Below, in pieces: positions 48,610-61,600 of a stretch of 64,000 bases of DNA. Position 1 is the first letter of the stretch, and the number at the start of each line of letters is the position of its first letter. The stretch covers positions 1-64,000 of the forward strand of contig NW_024705101.1 of the NCBI RefSeq assembly GCF_018977255.1. The letters run 5' to 3'. The notes beneath the pieces were generated by a model, which was not told the DNA's origin, searched no databases, and worked only from the letters and a program-made list of their open reading frames with translations. A program made the position numbers and the translations under genes. The DNA is from Callorhinchus milii. Lineage: Eukaryota.

Positions 48610-48800
48610 CATTTGAAAGATAACGCCGGCATACAGCAGCCTCCTCTTTCCGAACGATGTCGCGGGATCTTTAACGTCCAATCCGAAGGAGACGGCTTGT
48701 GTGGCTTTACTTTTTTATTTTTACGGCTGACACATCCCCAGGCATTAACAAGGGCTCTGCCTTCTGGATTCAATTCACGAGCCTCCGTAGGAATCGACAA
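48610..48800 (-). mobile_element. Degenerate Deu-domain-like SINE fragment
   Basis: Minus strand GCCGTCTCCTTCGGATTGGACGTTAAAGATCCC resembles the DeuSINE core as I recall it; B-box-like GTCGATTCC upstream. Confidence 0.45.
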
Positions 48801-48923
48801 AACGCCATATGCCACCCTTTTATCTCCACCTCTTTTCAGTGCAGATTGCCACCTAACTATTGTAAAACGTCGTGTTGATGCGTTCCTGAAGGTGCAACGA
48901 TGAATACCGAAACTACGTAAATC

Positions 48924-49212
48924 AGCGCCACGGTGGGGAGATGTTAACTACCTCGCCTGGTATACATGAGATCGCGGGTTCGTTCCCGACTCTGTCACCT
49001 AAGTTTGCGTGTTCTCTCTCCTCGTGGTCGTGTGGATTTTTCTCCGGGTCCTCCGGTTTTTCCCTGCATATTTAGAAACATGCGTTTAGAGTATTTGGCT
49101 GCTGTAAATTTCCACACGATAAGATACTTGGTTGAACTATCATCTATGGCCAGACCACTTCTGAAAAACAGCTATAAAGCTCATTGGGCCTTACCTGGTA
49201 AAATAAAAAAAA
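48924..49212 (+). mobile_element. tRNA-derived V-domain SINE
   Basis: Same head, V-domain (TTTCTCCGGGTCCTCCGGTTTT) and ACCTGGTAAAATAAAA tail as the other copies. Confidence 0.85.
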
Positions 49213-50889
49213 ATAGTTTAATAGTTTTTTACAGTTTTTAATGGTAACGTTTGATGATATCTCACCATGCTGGTTGACATTGCATAGATAGGCGCCCTAG
49301 TTGGGAATCGAAGTCAGGAATTTATTGTTGTGATGACAAGTATTACAACTGCGCCACCCTGCCACCCAAATTCCACTGTTGGCATGAGTGTCTCCACTAG
49401 AGGCAGCTATAGAAAGCCTCTCTCGTAATAACCACCCAGATCCATGCCATAGCCAAACAGCATTTCATATCTTTAGTTTCATATAAAGTTATAAAAATGT
49501 AAACTGTTGTTGTAACAAAAAAAATATCTCAAGGTCATGAGAAGACAGGTAAGACACGTGTTTCATTGCATCCATCAATGGGCCTTCATGACCAATGATT
49601 CCAAGTAATATTTATTTTAACGAAGCAATCTCCACATTTTTCTACTTGTTTGAGATTCAGAAATTGGTACAGGGTTTGCATCGTATAAACAATTGCTACA
49701 GGGAAACATACAGTACTCCAAATGGCCCACTCTTTAATAGACTTAAAATGCTATTTTACGTTGGTGATGCTACAGACCATTAACGCAATGTTTTTTGTTT
49801 AGTCTGGTTTGTGAGATGGGGTTATGGAAGTGTGCAGGTTGCACAGCATGGTAGTTGAAATCAACCAACCAACTGCTCAAACTCTATTTGTCAGCAGCAG
49901 AGAACCCAACGAGACAGTAATTTTCCTCAGCGAGGAATGCGGAATTGTACTTGCTGGCAGAGCAGCTGGTCAAGTGAAATTGGGTAAACATGGCAGAGCT
50001 ACATGAGCCCCGCAGGCTTCCGGGAGTGCTTTCGCCCTCCTTCCAGTCTCACGGAATATCACAAATGGCCCCTCACACTTGCCTCAAGGACTTTCTAAAG
50101 TAAAAAAAACCTTGTCGTGTTGTCCCTGACGTGACATTGGCTACGTATCTTTTTACCATTTTAAACTTCCCTCGGTGTCTTTCACCTTGCGACTTGTGAA
50201 CACTCCTCTTCATTGTTGTGCGTTTTTAACCACTCACAAAATGTATTTTATTTTTGCTGTTGTAAAGTCGACTGAAAATACACTTAATTAATTGTCAATG
50301 TGTAACCGTTTCTCTCTATGTCCACTAATATATTTCCGTGCAAGCCTGAACAGGAGTTGCGTGAATATAGAACTCCTTTTATCCGCGACCCGATTACCCA
50401 CAACTCTTCTCATCAGCTGGAGCTGTAGGGTACGCAAAAAAAGTTGATTGTTCCTGTACATTTCTCAGAGATAAGTGGAGTCCCATGACAAAGTGGAGTA
50501 GATTTGTGGATAATCCCGCGGATAATAGGATCCATCGTTATGTCCCCCATATCACAACGGAACAGAGAATTTCTGCTAACGCAACAAAACACCGATATGA
50601 ATATACATCATATACTCTGTATACACTGGATACTTACCAGTTAGTTAAGATATGCGAAAACACTCAACCTCATTTAAAATCCACATGAATAGCCAACAAG
50701 CAATGGCGACTTGGGATCTACGGATGAAATGTGCCTTAAAAATGTAAATTATTATTATTGTATCCACCTTTCAGCATTGGATATCATAATTACACTCAAT
50801 AGTGAGGACACGACCCTTGATGATCCAAGTCCATTTTAATTGTTCATGGACTCCGTTGATCTCCAATCAAGGCTTACGTTTAGTAGTTA

Positions 50890-51201
50890 GACCGAACGCA
50901 GAATAACCCTGTGTTTGATCTTCCACGAAGCTCATGGTCCACCCTAAACCGCATACACTGTACAACACATGGCAGCAGATGCGGGATACCTGATGCACAA
51001 ATGGAAAATTAAAAACTCTCCAGTGTGCGACTGTGGTCATCCAGAACAGATATATTACGATGCTGGCACTATATGGACACATACGAAGGAGACATCACAG
51101 TGATACACTTCGCTGTTCCTGACGCGGTTGTCTGGCTTGAACATCTGAATGTGACATTATGGTTGTTGTTCTGCATTTACATCAGCCGTACGAAAGAAGA
51201 A
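50890..51201 (+). mobile_element. 3' fragment of a Vingi/Ingi-like LINE
   Basis: Frameshifted peptide FDLPRSSWSTLNRI...RCGYLMHKWKIKNSPVCDCGHPEQ...PDAVVWLEHL; 3' end CCGTACGAAAGAAGAA. Confidence 0.7.
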
Positions 51202-51723
51202 ATTAGAGACGGCACCATCCGGCTTGTTCAGCTCTTTGCACAAAGTATATATTTCATTAATTATTATCTACAACTATTAGATGCATTGTAAATTACCACT
51301 AACGTAGCAGTTAACATAATGCCATTGTTATATCCTGTGCAAAAAAAATATTTTGACACTATTTAATTTCAACAGCCATGCGTAGATTCACCCAATAAAT
51401 GTGACCATAGTGATCCCCAATCTCCATTAATGCAATGCAAGTGCCAGTCGAGATTGAATTTAACATAGTATGCAATGCTCAATTCACAAACATATATCAG
51501 CTCCACCTGAGATTTAACACGTAGGCTTGCACAACCAATATCATCCATAATAGAGTTATTTTTGGGTTGATCGCGTAAATATATAAATGTGTCGTTAAAA
51601 CCCGCCACCACCCAACACAGCCAACTAGTAAGGGTTGTCACGTAAACAGAATGTGGCCAATTTGTCACTAGTACAGCACACCGGTGTGTTGGAGAACCAA
51701 GCCACAACATTTACAATCTGAGT

Positions 51724-51763
51724 ACGACGTTTCGCCAGTAATTACAACTAGCTTCATCAGGCG
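51724..51763 (-). ncRNA. Minimal hammerhead-ribozyme-like motif (family B)
   Basis: Minus strand CUGAUGA-A-GCUAGU-UGUAAUU-ACUGGC-GAAAC-GUC. Confidence 0.72.
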
Positions 51764-52156
51764 ACAGCCAGATTTGTGGAGAAAACTAACTGTTTCGTTC
51801 CTTATATAGAAGTGTGGTGACCACACTTCTGCGCTCTTGCCCAAAGTCAAGGGGGATTACTGAGTCAACGTACATTATGCATGTGCATTATGTGAAGCCT
51901 TTGATCTTGTCCTTCCTGTCTATTGTGTGTAGTGGCGTAAATGGAGTCACTATGGCGTTTAGCACCAGCTACTGTCACAAGTGTGGAGCTGTGTGTCTTG
52001 GGCCTCTCTCTGGCACCAGAGTTGGTATGCCATGGAAGCGGGCCCTAGGGGCATAGTCCTGGTGACAGTGAGAGAGGTCGGGTGAGGACGTGACAGTCTG
52101 GGTGACCCCGAGAGGACACGTGTGGTCACCACATCTACGCTTCAAATATGGCAGTT

Positions 52157-52196
52157 GCCTGATGAAGCTAGTTGTAATTACTGGCGAAACGTCGTA
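52157..52196 (+). ncRNA. Minimal hammerhead-ribozyme-like motif (family B)
   Basis: CTGATGA(52159-52165)-A-GCTAGT-TGTAATT-ACTGGC-GAAAC-GTC. Confidence 0.72.
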
Positions 52197-52646
52197 CTCA
52201 GTAAATGTTGCGGTTTGGTTCTCCAACACACCGGTGTGCTGTACTAGTGACGAATTAGCATGCTCTGTCTACGTGACAACCCTTACTAGTTGGCTGTGTC
52301 GGGTGGTGGTGGGGTTTAATGACACATTTATATATTTACGCGATATAACCCACAAAAACCTCTTATGGATACACTGAGATTGTATGACGATAAGGCACGC
52401 GTTTCCTCCTCCGCACTATTTTTGTTCCAAAATAATTTTATTAACAAAACGAAATCAGGTACACAACACAGGATATGAAAGGAGGTTGACACCACAACAC
52501 ATTACGGATTACAGTGCAATGGAAACTTGTCTAAACCGCAAGTTTCAATAAACTGCTTCAATAAACTCTACAACCCCCTGGTGTCTTCCTTAGCTTTGAT
52601 ACCCCTGTAGGAGAAGAAAATAAAGGAGGGGGGAGTGCCTAAATGC

Positions 52647-52676
52647 NNNNNNNNNNNNNNNNNNNNNNNNNNNNNN
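52647..52676. other. Gap or spacer of 30 N
   Basis: Run of N. Confidence 0.99.
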
Positions 52677-55600
52677 ATTAGCCCCGTGTAGGATGTGAGC
52701 CGTAGTCCTTCATCCATACTAATTCTCAACAACGTAGATGAACTCGGCGAACTTCAGCGGATCGATAATGGAGATTCCTTGAAACCGGCGTTTTCAAATA
52801 CTTCAATGGCCATTTGCCCATCTATAGCTGAGCGTGATATGTTAGTCTCTGAGCCTCAGCCAACGGGTCAGCACGTTTAATACAACAGGCGATAACTATC
52901 GGGTCTGAAAAGCTTTGCACACAATGCGCTGGAAATCTGAACGTGTTACGTTTAATTAGAGCAGTCCCACTTTGATAGTCGTGCCCGCGAGCACTAGATC
53001 GCTCGGAGGGGATTACATAGTAAAGTTCTAGTAACAACATCGATGATTAGTCATAATTTAAGTACGTGTTGGATCACTTTCATGTAGCATGACTTGGCCG
53101 GGATAGTGAAGGAGATATTGTCGCCACCCTTATGCCAACTAACGTATCAAGTAAGCCCCTCGATTCGCGGGGATTTTTGAACTCCGGCTATTGGCATTGG
53201 GAGTAGCTCATTGTCTAACACTAGACTGGTGACATACACATACACTTCTTAGAACAGGTGACCGAATAACAATCATCTCTGTCCCCCCGCTAAGATATTT
53301 AGGGGCGGGCCATGTCGACGTGTTGATCCGTAATTCGCTACATGTCCATAAGCAACGAATCTTACAACCTCGACCCCTAGAAAGTAGGTACGGATAACTA
53401 ATAACAACACATGAGTAATTCCTATCCAGGGACGTTATCCGGGTGATGCAACTCCAGACGGCATCTTTAATGTTTCCACAAAGGTGAGGATCCCATGGCC
53501 ATCACCCCCGTCAATACTGGTTTTTCCACAGATTATCATAACTTACTGTCTATTAGGGAAAGATTCGTGTTATCCTTTGGCGGGTTTGTCTGGGGGAGTC
53601 CCGGCATGTGAGAACGAGATCTTGCAGCTTGGACCAGTGAGTCAACATCCTGTACAGTCTTGTAAGGGTATGGTGCGATGACAGGAAAAACCATGGATCT
53701 GAGCAGTGATGGTCTCCCCTCTAGTCTTGTCTCAGTTACGATAATCCTACGTTGCCCGCACTTGCGGTCGACCTAGGCGAAACTTTAGCGTTACGTCCGG
53801 ATGGATCCATTATCATCGAGTTCATGTAAGCGTGCATATCGCTTGTTCGCAGGGAATGTTCGTCTCGTATTGCCCCAGCGTTGGCCGGGGTCACAGTTTG
53901 ATTACAATTACGCGTGTTGAGAGAGTATAGCGATCATTCCTAACTCTTGGTGGAGGACGATATGGGTTGTCCTACTGAACGTTTGAAAGAAGACATCCTA
54001 GCCGAGGATTTCCATAATATTGAACTTTCTAGACCTGTCGTGACTCCCATGAGCAGAAAGGGCCACCGACACCTCTTTGAAAGTTACCACGGCCTTCCGA
54101 AACGAAAACCACGCTACATGAATACATTGATGGGGCAAGTAGGAAACCTGGGGATGAAAAGGGAGATCATGTACGGCGTATGACAATTGGTTGTACGCAC
54201 ATGGGACGGATAATAGCGGAGAATAAGCGCCACGACCGGTCCTAGTGCTGATCACCACTGAACAATCCGTTAGCCGTAGGCCGGGCAAGGCCATGACGGG
54301 TTCGTCTCGGATTTAAACTCAGTCCCCCGGTGTATTAATACACACTGACATCCGCAATCCCTCGAAAACCCATGGGTAATAACAGCGGACCTCCAGCGAT
54401 CAGTGATTGCTTCGTTTGGGCCCCGTACACTACTAGGAAGGACCGTCCCGATTCACAACAATTCCAGGGACATCTAGCGGCTGATAGTAGAGTATGCTAC
54501 CGCTGGTCCAAGCCAGACGCTAAGGTTTCGAACACACGCTGGCAGTGGGTATACTCGGACATAGCTACCCAACTCAATGGTTCCTTCTAAAGCGCGGCAC
54601 CAACCCGAGCGCGCAATTCGCGATACAATTGAACGTTTCCAACATCTTCGTGGTTTGGGGTCAATGTATTAGTTGCGGCTCTAACTGTTCACGGAGTGGG
54701 GCCCCTGGCATATGCGCTATATCCTTTAGATATGATCCTGTTTAGTGACCGCAGTTTAAATCAAGCTCTGCAACGTCCGCGGACCGGGCTGAAAAACTCC
54801 TGAACAAAGACAACGTAATATCTGTTGGGTTATTGTTTTAATCCCCGTGACGGATCATGTTGCAGTTATTATTCAATTCGGGCGATTCTGTCCTAAATAC
54901 CGGATGGCCTCTTCGGTGCTAACTCCATAGGCCATGTCCTCTGTAGGCGCTATACAAAACGTTTTTACATCGGTGGCAAAGTTAAAACCGCCTCCAGGCT
55001 GTTGCGGCATGCGCGAATGGTGAACCCCGGACGAGGAAGTATTGGGTTCATTGAGATACAAGATTTCGAGTACCGCTATGAGCCTAGGACGAACATAATT
55101 GCCTCCGTTATGGCGGAAACACAGTTGAGATGGACTGCGGTTCGTAAGGTTGGCAGAAGACACTATCTAGCTCTCGATTCCCATACTTGAGAGTACCTCC
55201 AAACTTGGACCTCCCAATGTGCTTGGCTTTTAGACCAGAGCGATAACTGGACGTCACGGCCCGGATCGGTTACGGCCGTGTGCTGCTATCATTATACCCA
55301 CAGTCTGAGACGTAAGAGATAGTTAAATAAAAACTGGACGATCGCTTCGCTAACCCGCCTACTACGCCCAGCACTTGGCCTCCGATGGGTGTCACACGAA
55401 TTCATGGCTCCAGAGCGAGTACGGCTCTCTGTATTGGTATCCGGCGGCTATAGAAGTATACTCATGGTGTGATAAAGAATTATAATCTGAGAAGGATCGC
55501 CAAGACAAGGGGTCGAGCGTGACGACGAGTTCACGCTGGACTGGATTCCCATCTCTTGCCCGTGACTAACCGCTAGTTCTGGGTTGTGCGATGAGCAAGA

Positions 55601-58600
55601 CACCGTTGCGCGGAGTCTGTTCGCGGTTGAGATCACCGAGCATCAATTAAGTCGGCGGCTCAGTTTTGATGAGACATGTTCGATTTGAAGGGACGCCTCA
55701 GACGCTGGCGATCGCTACTGGTTTCGGAAGTACCAAAGATCTGGTCTGCAGGCTCTGAGGGGCATAGAGCTTCGCTCGTAAATGGGACATAGGTAGCGCC
55801 GCTGTCTTGGGGACGAATAGCACCCAGTGCGGGGTTTTCGCAAGAGTGTCGCTCATGAGCCCAACAGCACCCAAACAAGTTTTCTTCGTGGGATACGTCG
55901 TTAGCTTCTAAGGTCAGAAAAAGTAAGCACGACGGAGACTAATAACATGGGGGGGATTGGATATCTAGGCAGGTCTGAGCCTCAGCCAGGGATGCGTGGG
56001 TGACTACCTCCCAGCCACAAGGTTACCCAGCTTACCAGTAGGTATGCATACGGCGTGCGGGTGTAGGGCATGATAACCGCATGCGTGGTTACCGTAGATA
56101 GGCGGAAAGTCGTGCATCAAGACTGTACCTTGGGATCCGAGTTGTAAAATCTAAGATAGCCAAGCGCGTTCGATGGTCGAGATAAACATGCCACGGTTTG
56201 GCTGAAATATAATCGGATTTTCCAGCTGTATTCTATGTTAGCAGCACGCGTTAGGCCCGACCTGTCCATTCGACCATCGCCGGCCAAGTATGGTTGCTTG
56301 CATAATCTGGAGTACTGGGTGGAGATCATGTCCGGATTCAATAATAAGTGGCAGCACCCTATTTCCGAGTTTCTCCTCACACCGTAGCCATGTGCTGACG
56401 ACAGAGGCTGCGAAGGCTAGCGCTAAAATTGTCTGTATTAGTCCATCCTCTGCGTGACCATCTATTAGATGTACTTGAGCGGAGCCGTGGATCAGGCGAG
56501 AAACTTCTCGATAACACCCGCATAGGCCTCGGCAAACGTACTCGCTCCTAACTTTACCGAGATCGTAAAACCTCGAGCGCTGAACCAGGACGGCACCACG
56601 TCTACAGGCTCCTGCCACCTGCGCCTCTCGATGGCCATAGGACGCAGAATCAGGGGAGCAGCATCGCATGCTAAATAGCCGGATTGCAGCCGAGCCTTTC
56701 GGTTTAACATCAGAGGCCTCCTAAACCGTGTACGAACGCGCTACTTGTGCGACGCCAGCTTACTATGAAGCTTTAGTGGCAAAGGCCATGCGCGTGCCCC
56801 TCGGTGACCCCCCCCGCTCCTGGACATGATCGGGGGTTATCATCCCCGCCGGTCGGAGGCTCGGCCCAAGGTGTACTAGGCGCTCGTTGTGGTATACTCC
56901 TTTTAAGTTGGTCACCGTAAGTCGCTGTCGCATAGTCAGAAACAAGATTTTAGGTAACGATCTAGCGCTCCCTTTGCTGGAACTGGCTGGGATGCATCAC
57001 CCTAGAGAAATACATGGCAAATGCGAACCAGACCCAGGACGGTAGCGAGGTACTGCCATGGTATACAAGAATTCCATAGTTTTGTGTAATCATTCTACAA
57101 GTACAGAGAAGGTGATGGCCTAATCAATGTTGCCGCGCTCCTTGGCTACGATATATTGTTTCCAGCATAGCGACCGACCGCACGCGTGATGAATTTACCA
57201 AGTGGGCGCACTCTTAGACCTAATGTCCTTTTCATCCGCGAGCCCAAGAATAAAATAGGCTACATTACTCGCCCTAACTAAGGCCTCCCTCCCTTACTAA
57301 ACTAGTTACTTGTGAATGTGACCATCCATATAAATCGCGTTGGGATGAACTAATGTAGCCGTAAAGACTAATTAGGTCACTGAATAGATAACTTGCACAC
57401 TTCATCGGGAACTTAGCCGATCTAAGTTTGCAATTGATAGTGTTCTGAGCTCGGTACGGCCCGGCAGGACCCAACTGTTGCCTCAGCGAATTTAGCCCAC
57501 GCTGGAGCACGATCACCGTATATATCTAAGATGATACCAGGCGATGAGAGATAGGATCGACGTCACAGTTGTTGCCGATGCTGTCTTAGTGAGGCGCTCT
57601 CAGAGTCCAATCAGACCTCTTAGAGCTGGCTGTAGGGTCACCTGATGAAATGGCGAGTTAGCTAGACACATAAACACCTGGGACAATGGATCAAAAAAAA
57701 GATATTATTGTAGGTGTGATTGTAACGGCACTCTGAACCTTCTTGCGTTATGCCATTAACAAGCCAGGACACAGCGCGTGCCCCGTGCCATGACCCGTGG
57801 TTGTAGCAATCGCTTAGGTCATAAGTGGGCTTAACGTCCAATAGAGAGGGATGTGCGTTGGAGACGGAACAGGAACTCCCTTGTTCCTTGTATTAGTGGG
57901 GCGAGCTGTAATCTGCATATCAGAGGTCATATCAGTATTGGGGCCTCCGCTCATTATCGCACCAAAGTACCTAACGCTTGTCGCACAGGGTTGGCGTGTT
58001 GTATTCTCAGCCGCTCAACGTCCTGTTACCTCTAGCTGCGTTACTGGTATACCAGGGTAGGTTGACAGTTGATAGAGATGTATTTGCAGGCTGCGGTGTC
58101 TTTTGAAGTCTTCTAACATACCCCGGCGGTGGATGCCGACCGGTCTAACTGGTTAGAACGGAGTATCGTGGCGGAGAAGGAACAGTCGGTCCAGGGTGCA
58201 GGGTTGGTTTTCTTAGGGATAGAGTAAACGACGTGTGGCTTTGAGTCGGTTATTGCGCCCTCGCTGATGGTAAGTGGCGCACACTGGCACTCGCGTAGGA
58301 CTATTACCAGCGCCGTAACGACTATGGGTCGCGCTGGACGTACCGCACGTCAGGCGCCAGTAACGTATTAGCGTGAGGAGCCTCACGGAGCTACTCTTAT
58401 TATTAAACGCTAATATCCAGAATAGAGTACTTAGGAACCGCGAGATTGCATAAGCGCGTAGTTATTCGATCATTCCCTCGTTAAATGAGCTCTGAAGTAT
58501 GCAACCTTCTCAAAGCGGTCGCCCCGCACGTAGCGATGTCGGCCGCTACCGACTAACTGTCCAAGCCCCAAAGGCTCGACTACTGGCGGTCTAGAGCAAA

Positions 58601-61600
58601 TAATGCGTGCGAAGGAAGAAACTGGTGCAGCGTGCGGTCTCTAACCCCTGAGAAGTTAATTTTCCACGAAACCGGAAGCGCTCCTCTAAAATTCATAGTT
58701 ACCGAGAGGTACGTTAAGGGTTGGTAACACCTCATGCGCGGGGCAGTGGACATTCCGTCCCAGACAGTTGAGCACCATTTGTTAGCGATATAACGTATCT
58801 GATCGAAAATCGCCAATCCTCTTAATAGGGGCATTTTTGCGCTGTCCACACCCAGACCACGAACGAGAGAGTGTCTATACAGAAAGGTGGGAACAAAAAT
58901 CGCGGGCTGAGAAAATCGCTTGTGCGAGGCCCATGGGTACGTGTGTGGCGCTTTAATAAAGTACACATTTTTGATGAGATTGTGGTTAATCTTAACACCC
59001 ACGAATATGATGGTTTAATTCGTTTGAGTACGGACACAAAATATGACTGGGAGGATAGCAACTAACATGCTCGAATGATCTACACAGGGCCCCCGTTAGA
59101 CGGACTGTCTGGGTCCCTGGCGTTCTCAACTAGGAGACTCGACATTACTGTCACCCAACGGGATACTGTACGCAGGGCCTCCCTTTGAGTTTCAAGCGCC
59201 TTGGGCTTGGGCGGCCCCAGGCAATGTGCTGTACAGACTACGCTATACATGTGCTGACGCGGAGGACGCCATCTAGGAAGTCAACACTTTTGCAGTTAAT
59301 CATCATACCGGGTTCTCTCGACGACGGTTTGCTTGCGGTCTCAAACCATGTCCAAGGAGGCCTACTCTCAGCTTCCCCGATCATCCCTGCGAATACAAGA
59401 GTCACATCCTCGAACGTCTCCCGCTACTTTCGGTCGACCGGCCTAGCATCCTTATCCATACCATATTTTAAAACGTGCCAGACGGGAAACACATTGGACA
59501 GTCTTCCAGCGTTGTCCAAGCTCGGGGCGGGATTCCATACAGACCCTACTCGCGGCACAGAGGCAGCGGGCTTGAGGAAGGGTACTTGTCTATTGCAGGG
59601 TGAAAGCGCGCCCTAGCTGGAGGACTAAATTCACTAGCAATGGAATTATCTACGTCCTTTGACTTCGTAATAGATCAGGATTTTGAATATTCATCTTAAC
59701 TGTAGCGTTGTCTGGTTGGCCAATGGTGCTTTACCCGCACAATGTGAGATCTTTGCAACGGATACTAGCTTATTAGAGTATATTGGAGTTCTGGTGCTGC
59801 CGTTTTCTACAAGCAAAACAAGTTTCTGACGCACCGGTACAGCGCTTCAGTCTTGCCAGATCTAGCCTACGCGTGACGTCTTGGTAAATGGGAGTGCTCG
59901 AGGGCTGAAATTGGATACAGGGCACAATCCGGGTTAGGGACAACCCCGACGTTACTAGATCGCAAAATGGATTTGACAGTCGCAGTATAGCCACAAGCGA
60001 GACGGTAATTGATTACAGAAGAACCTTCCTCCTGTAGCTGTCGCAACATCCCAGGACCGCCAAGGTCCAGTGTCTGTCCGAACGGGTCCTACCCCTAAAA
60101 TATCCCCAGCCGGCAGCATTGTCCTTTCCTCAACGGTCGGTTATCGGGCGTTTTTTTAAGGTGTGAAGCGCCCTGTGGTTGCGCTCGAGGGACGTAGATG
60201 CGTTCAGAGAACGGGCTAAATTTTTATATTAAAAACACCCGGATAGTCTCTTGCTGTCTGTTATATATCTACGAAACGTTAGCACGGACTCAAAACGGCT
60301 AACTGGTAACGTCCAGCAAACTAACGTGACTTTGGTGTCTCGACTGACAGCGCTCTTGTGTTATACGTTGAACGACCCTATGGCATGTTGGATCTACATT
60401 AAAGCGAGAGGTAATAAGGTAGCGTCGATTGGAGGACTAGCACAAGTGCGTATCGCTGGAGGAACAGGTCAATTTCCTCCGAGTTGTCCCAGAGACACCT
60501 TGACGGTCGAGCTTCGAGGACATTAGGGGGCGTGGTGCAGTAATATATGCTGGCAACCCGTCGTCTTGAGTTCCCGCGACAGCTCTAACTTGATATTACG
60601 AGGCTCGATATAATAGCCTACATGAATGCAGCGTACCGGTTTTGCTTGTCAAAAATGTGACTACCCTCGGCGGGACTCTGCAAAGCGATTGATGAATAAC
60701 CGTTATACTATATGCCTAGCTAGCAACCTAAGTGCGCAAGTAAGATGAAAGATGCTCCGCGGGGGGACCGTGCACGGATGTGGAACTATTACTATCTGGG
60801 CCTGTTAACTGGTTGCTATGGGTTATCTTCTATTGTTAAAGACTGATGAGACCCAATGGAAATTGGGATCCTTGGTCGCAATTGGAGGTATGATTGACGA
60901 AGTTCTCGTGGCTTTACGTGAGTTGTGGCACATTCTGACCTTTGGAAATCGCAAAATCGATCGACGCCGCCTGTTCTCCAGCCACAGTGATACTCGTCAG
61001 CTGCAATTTGGGGAGAGTACGGGGACGATAAAGCGATATTCCCACCCAAATCGTCAACCTAGACGGGAGTTACATCAACTTTATACAGATACGTAATTTC
61101 CATGTACAGGCCCTAATCGCGTAGGAAAGCACTCGGCACATGTGCTATGGTAACAGTAATGTGAAGCACTGACGACACAAAACACCTATAAACGGGGAGG
61201 GCGAGGGCTCTGCGTCGATCCACATAATTGGGGTAACAGCGGGAGTAATGAGAGTGAACTAGTGAACATGAAGACGCCGCGTTGCTTTGTCGTTCTATAG
61301 CCTAGGAAAGTTTAGGAAGGCAGACCGGGAGGTCAACTCAAAGCTTGGCTTCGGACTAGCGATCAACGATCACCCGCAAAACCAAGGCACCCATCTCACC
61401 TGTCTGACCAAGATGTAATCATATTCGAACAAAATAAGATTTTCTGCAACGAATCTAACGTCAAGAAGGACTTGGCAGGGCGGTATCTGATAGGTCGAAC
61501 TTCCTTTCGTCTATGCGTATGATATCCCGCCTTGGAGTCAAGCGCATTCGCTGTTAACGCTGCTTGAACAAACCGCATAACGTCAAGGAGTTGACGAACA

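Larger units (their letters stand above)
51512..52372. mobile_element. Fold-back PLE family-B element: two ~225-bp inverted termini, each with a hammerhead-like motif
   Basis: About 51543-51770 is the reverse complement of about 52149-52370; motifs at 51724-51763(-) and 52157-52196(+). Confidence 0.85.

Noticed and set aside
52848-55988. 15-mer TCTGAGCCTCAGCCA occurring twice (52848 and 55974) in the post-gap region
   Set aside because: A single 15-bp match in 11 kb is not far from chance expectation, and there is no extension or periodicity.
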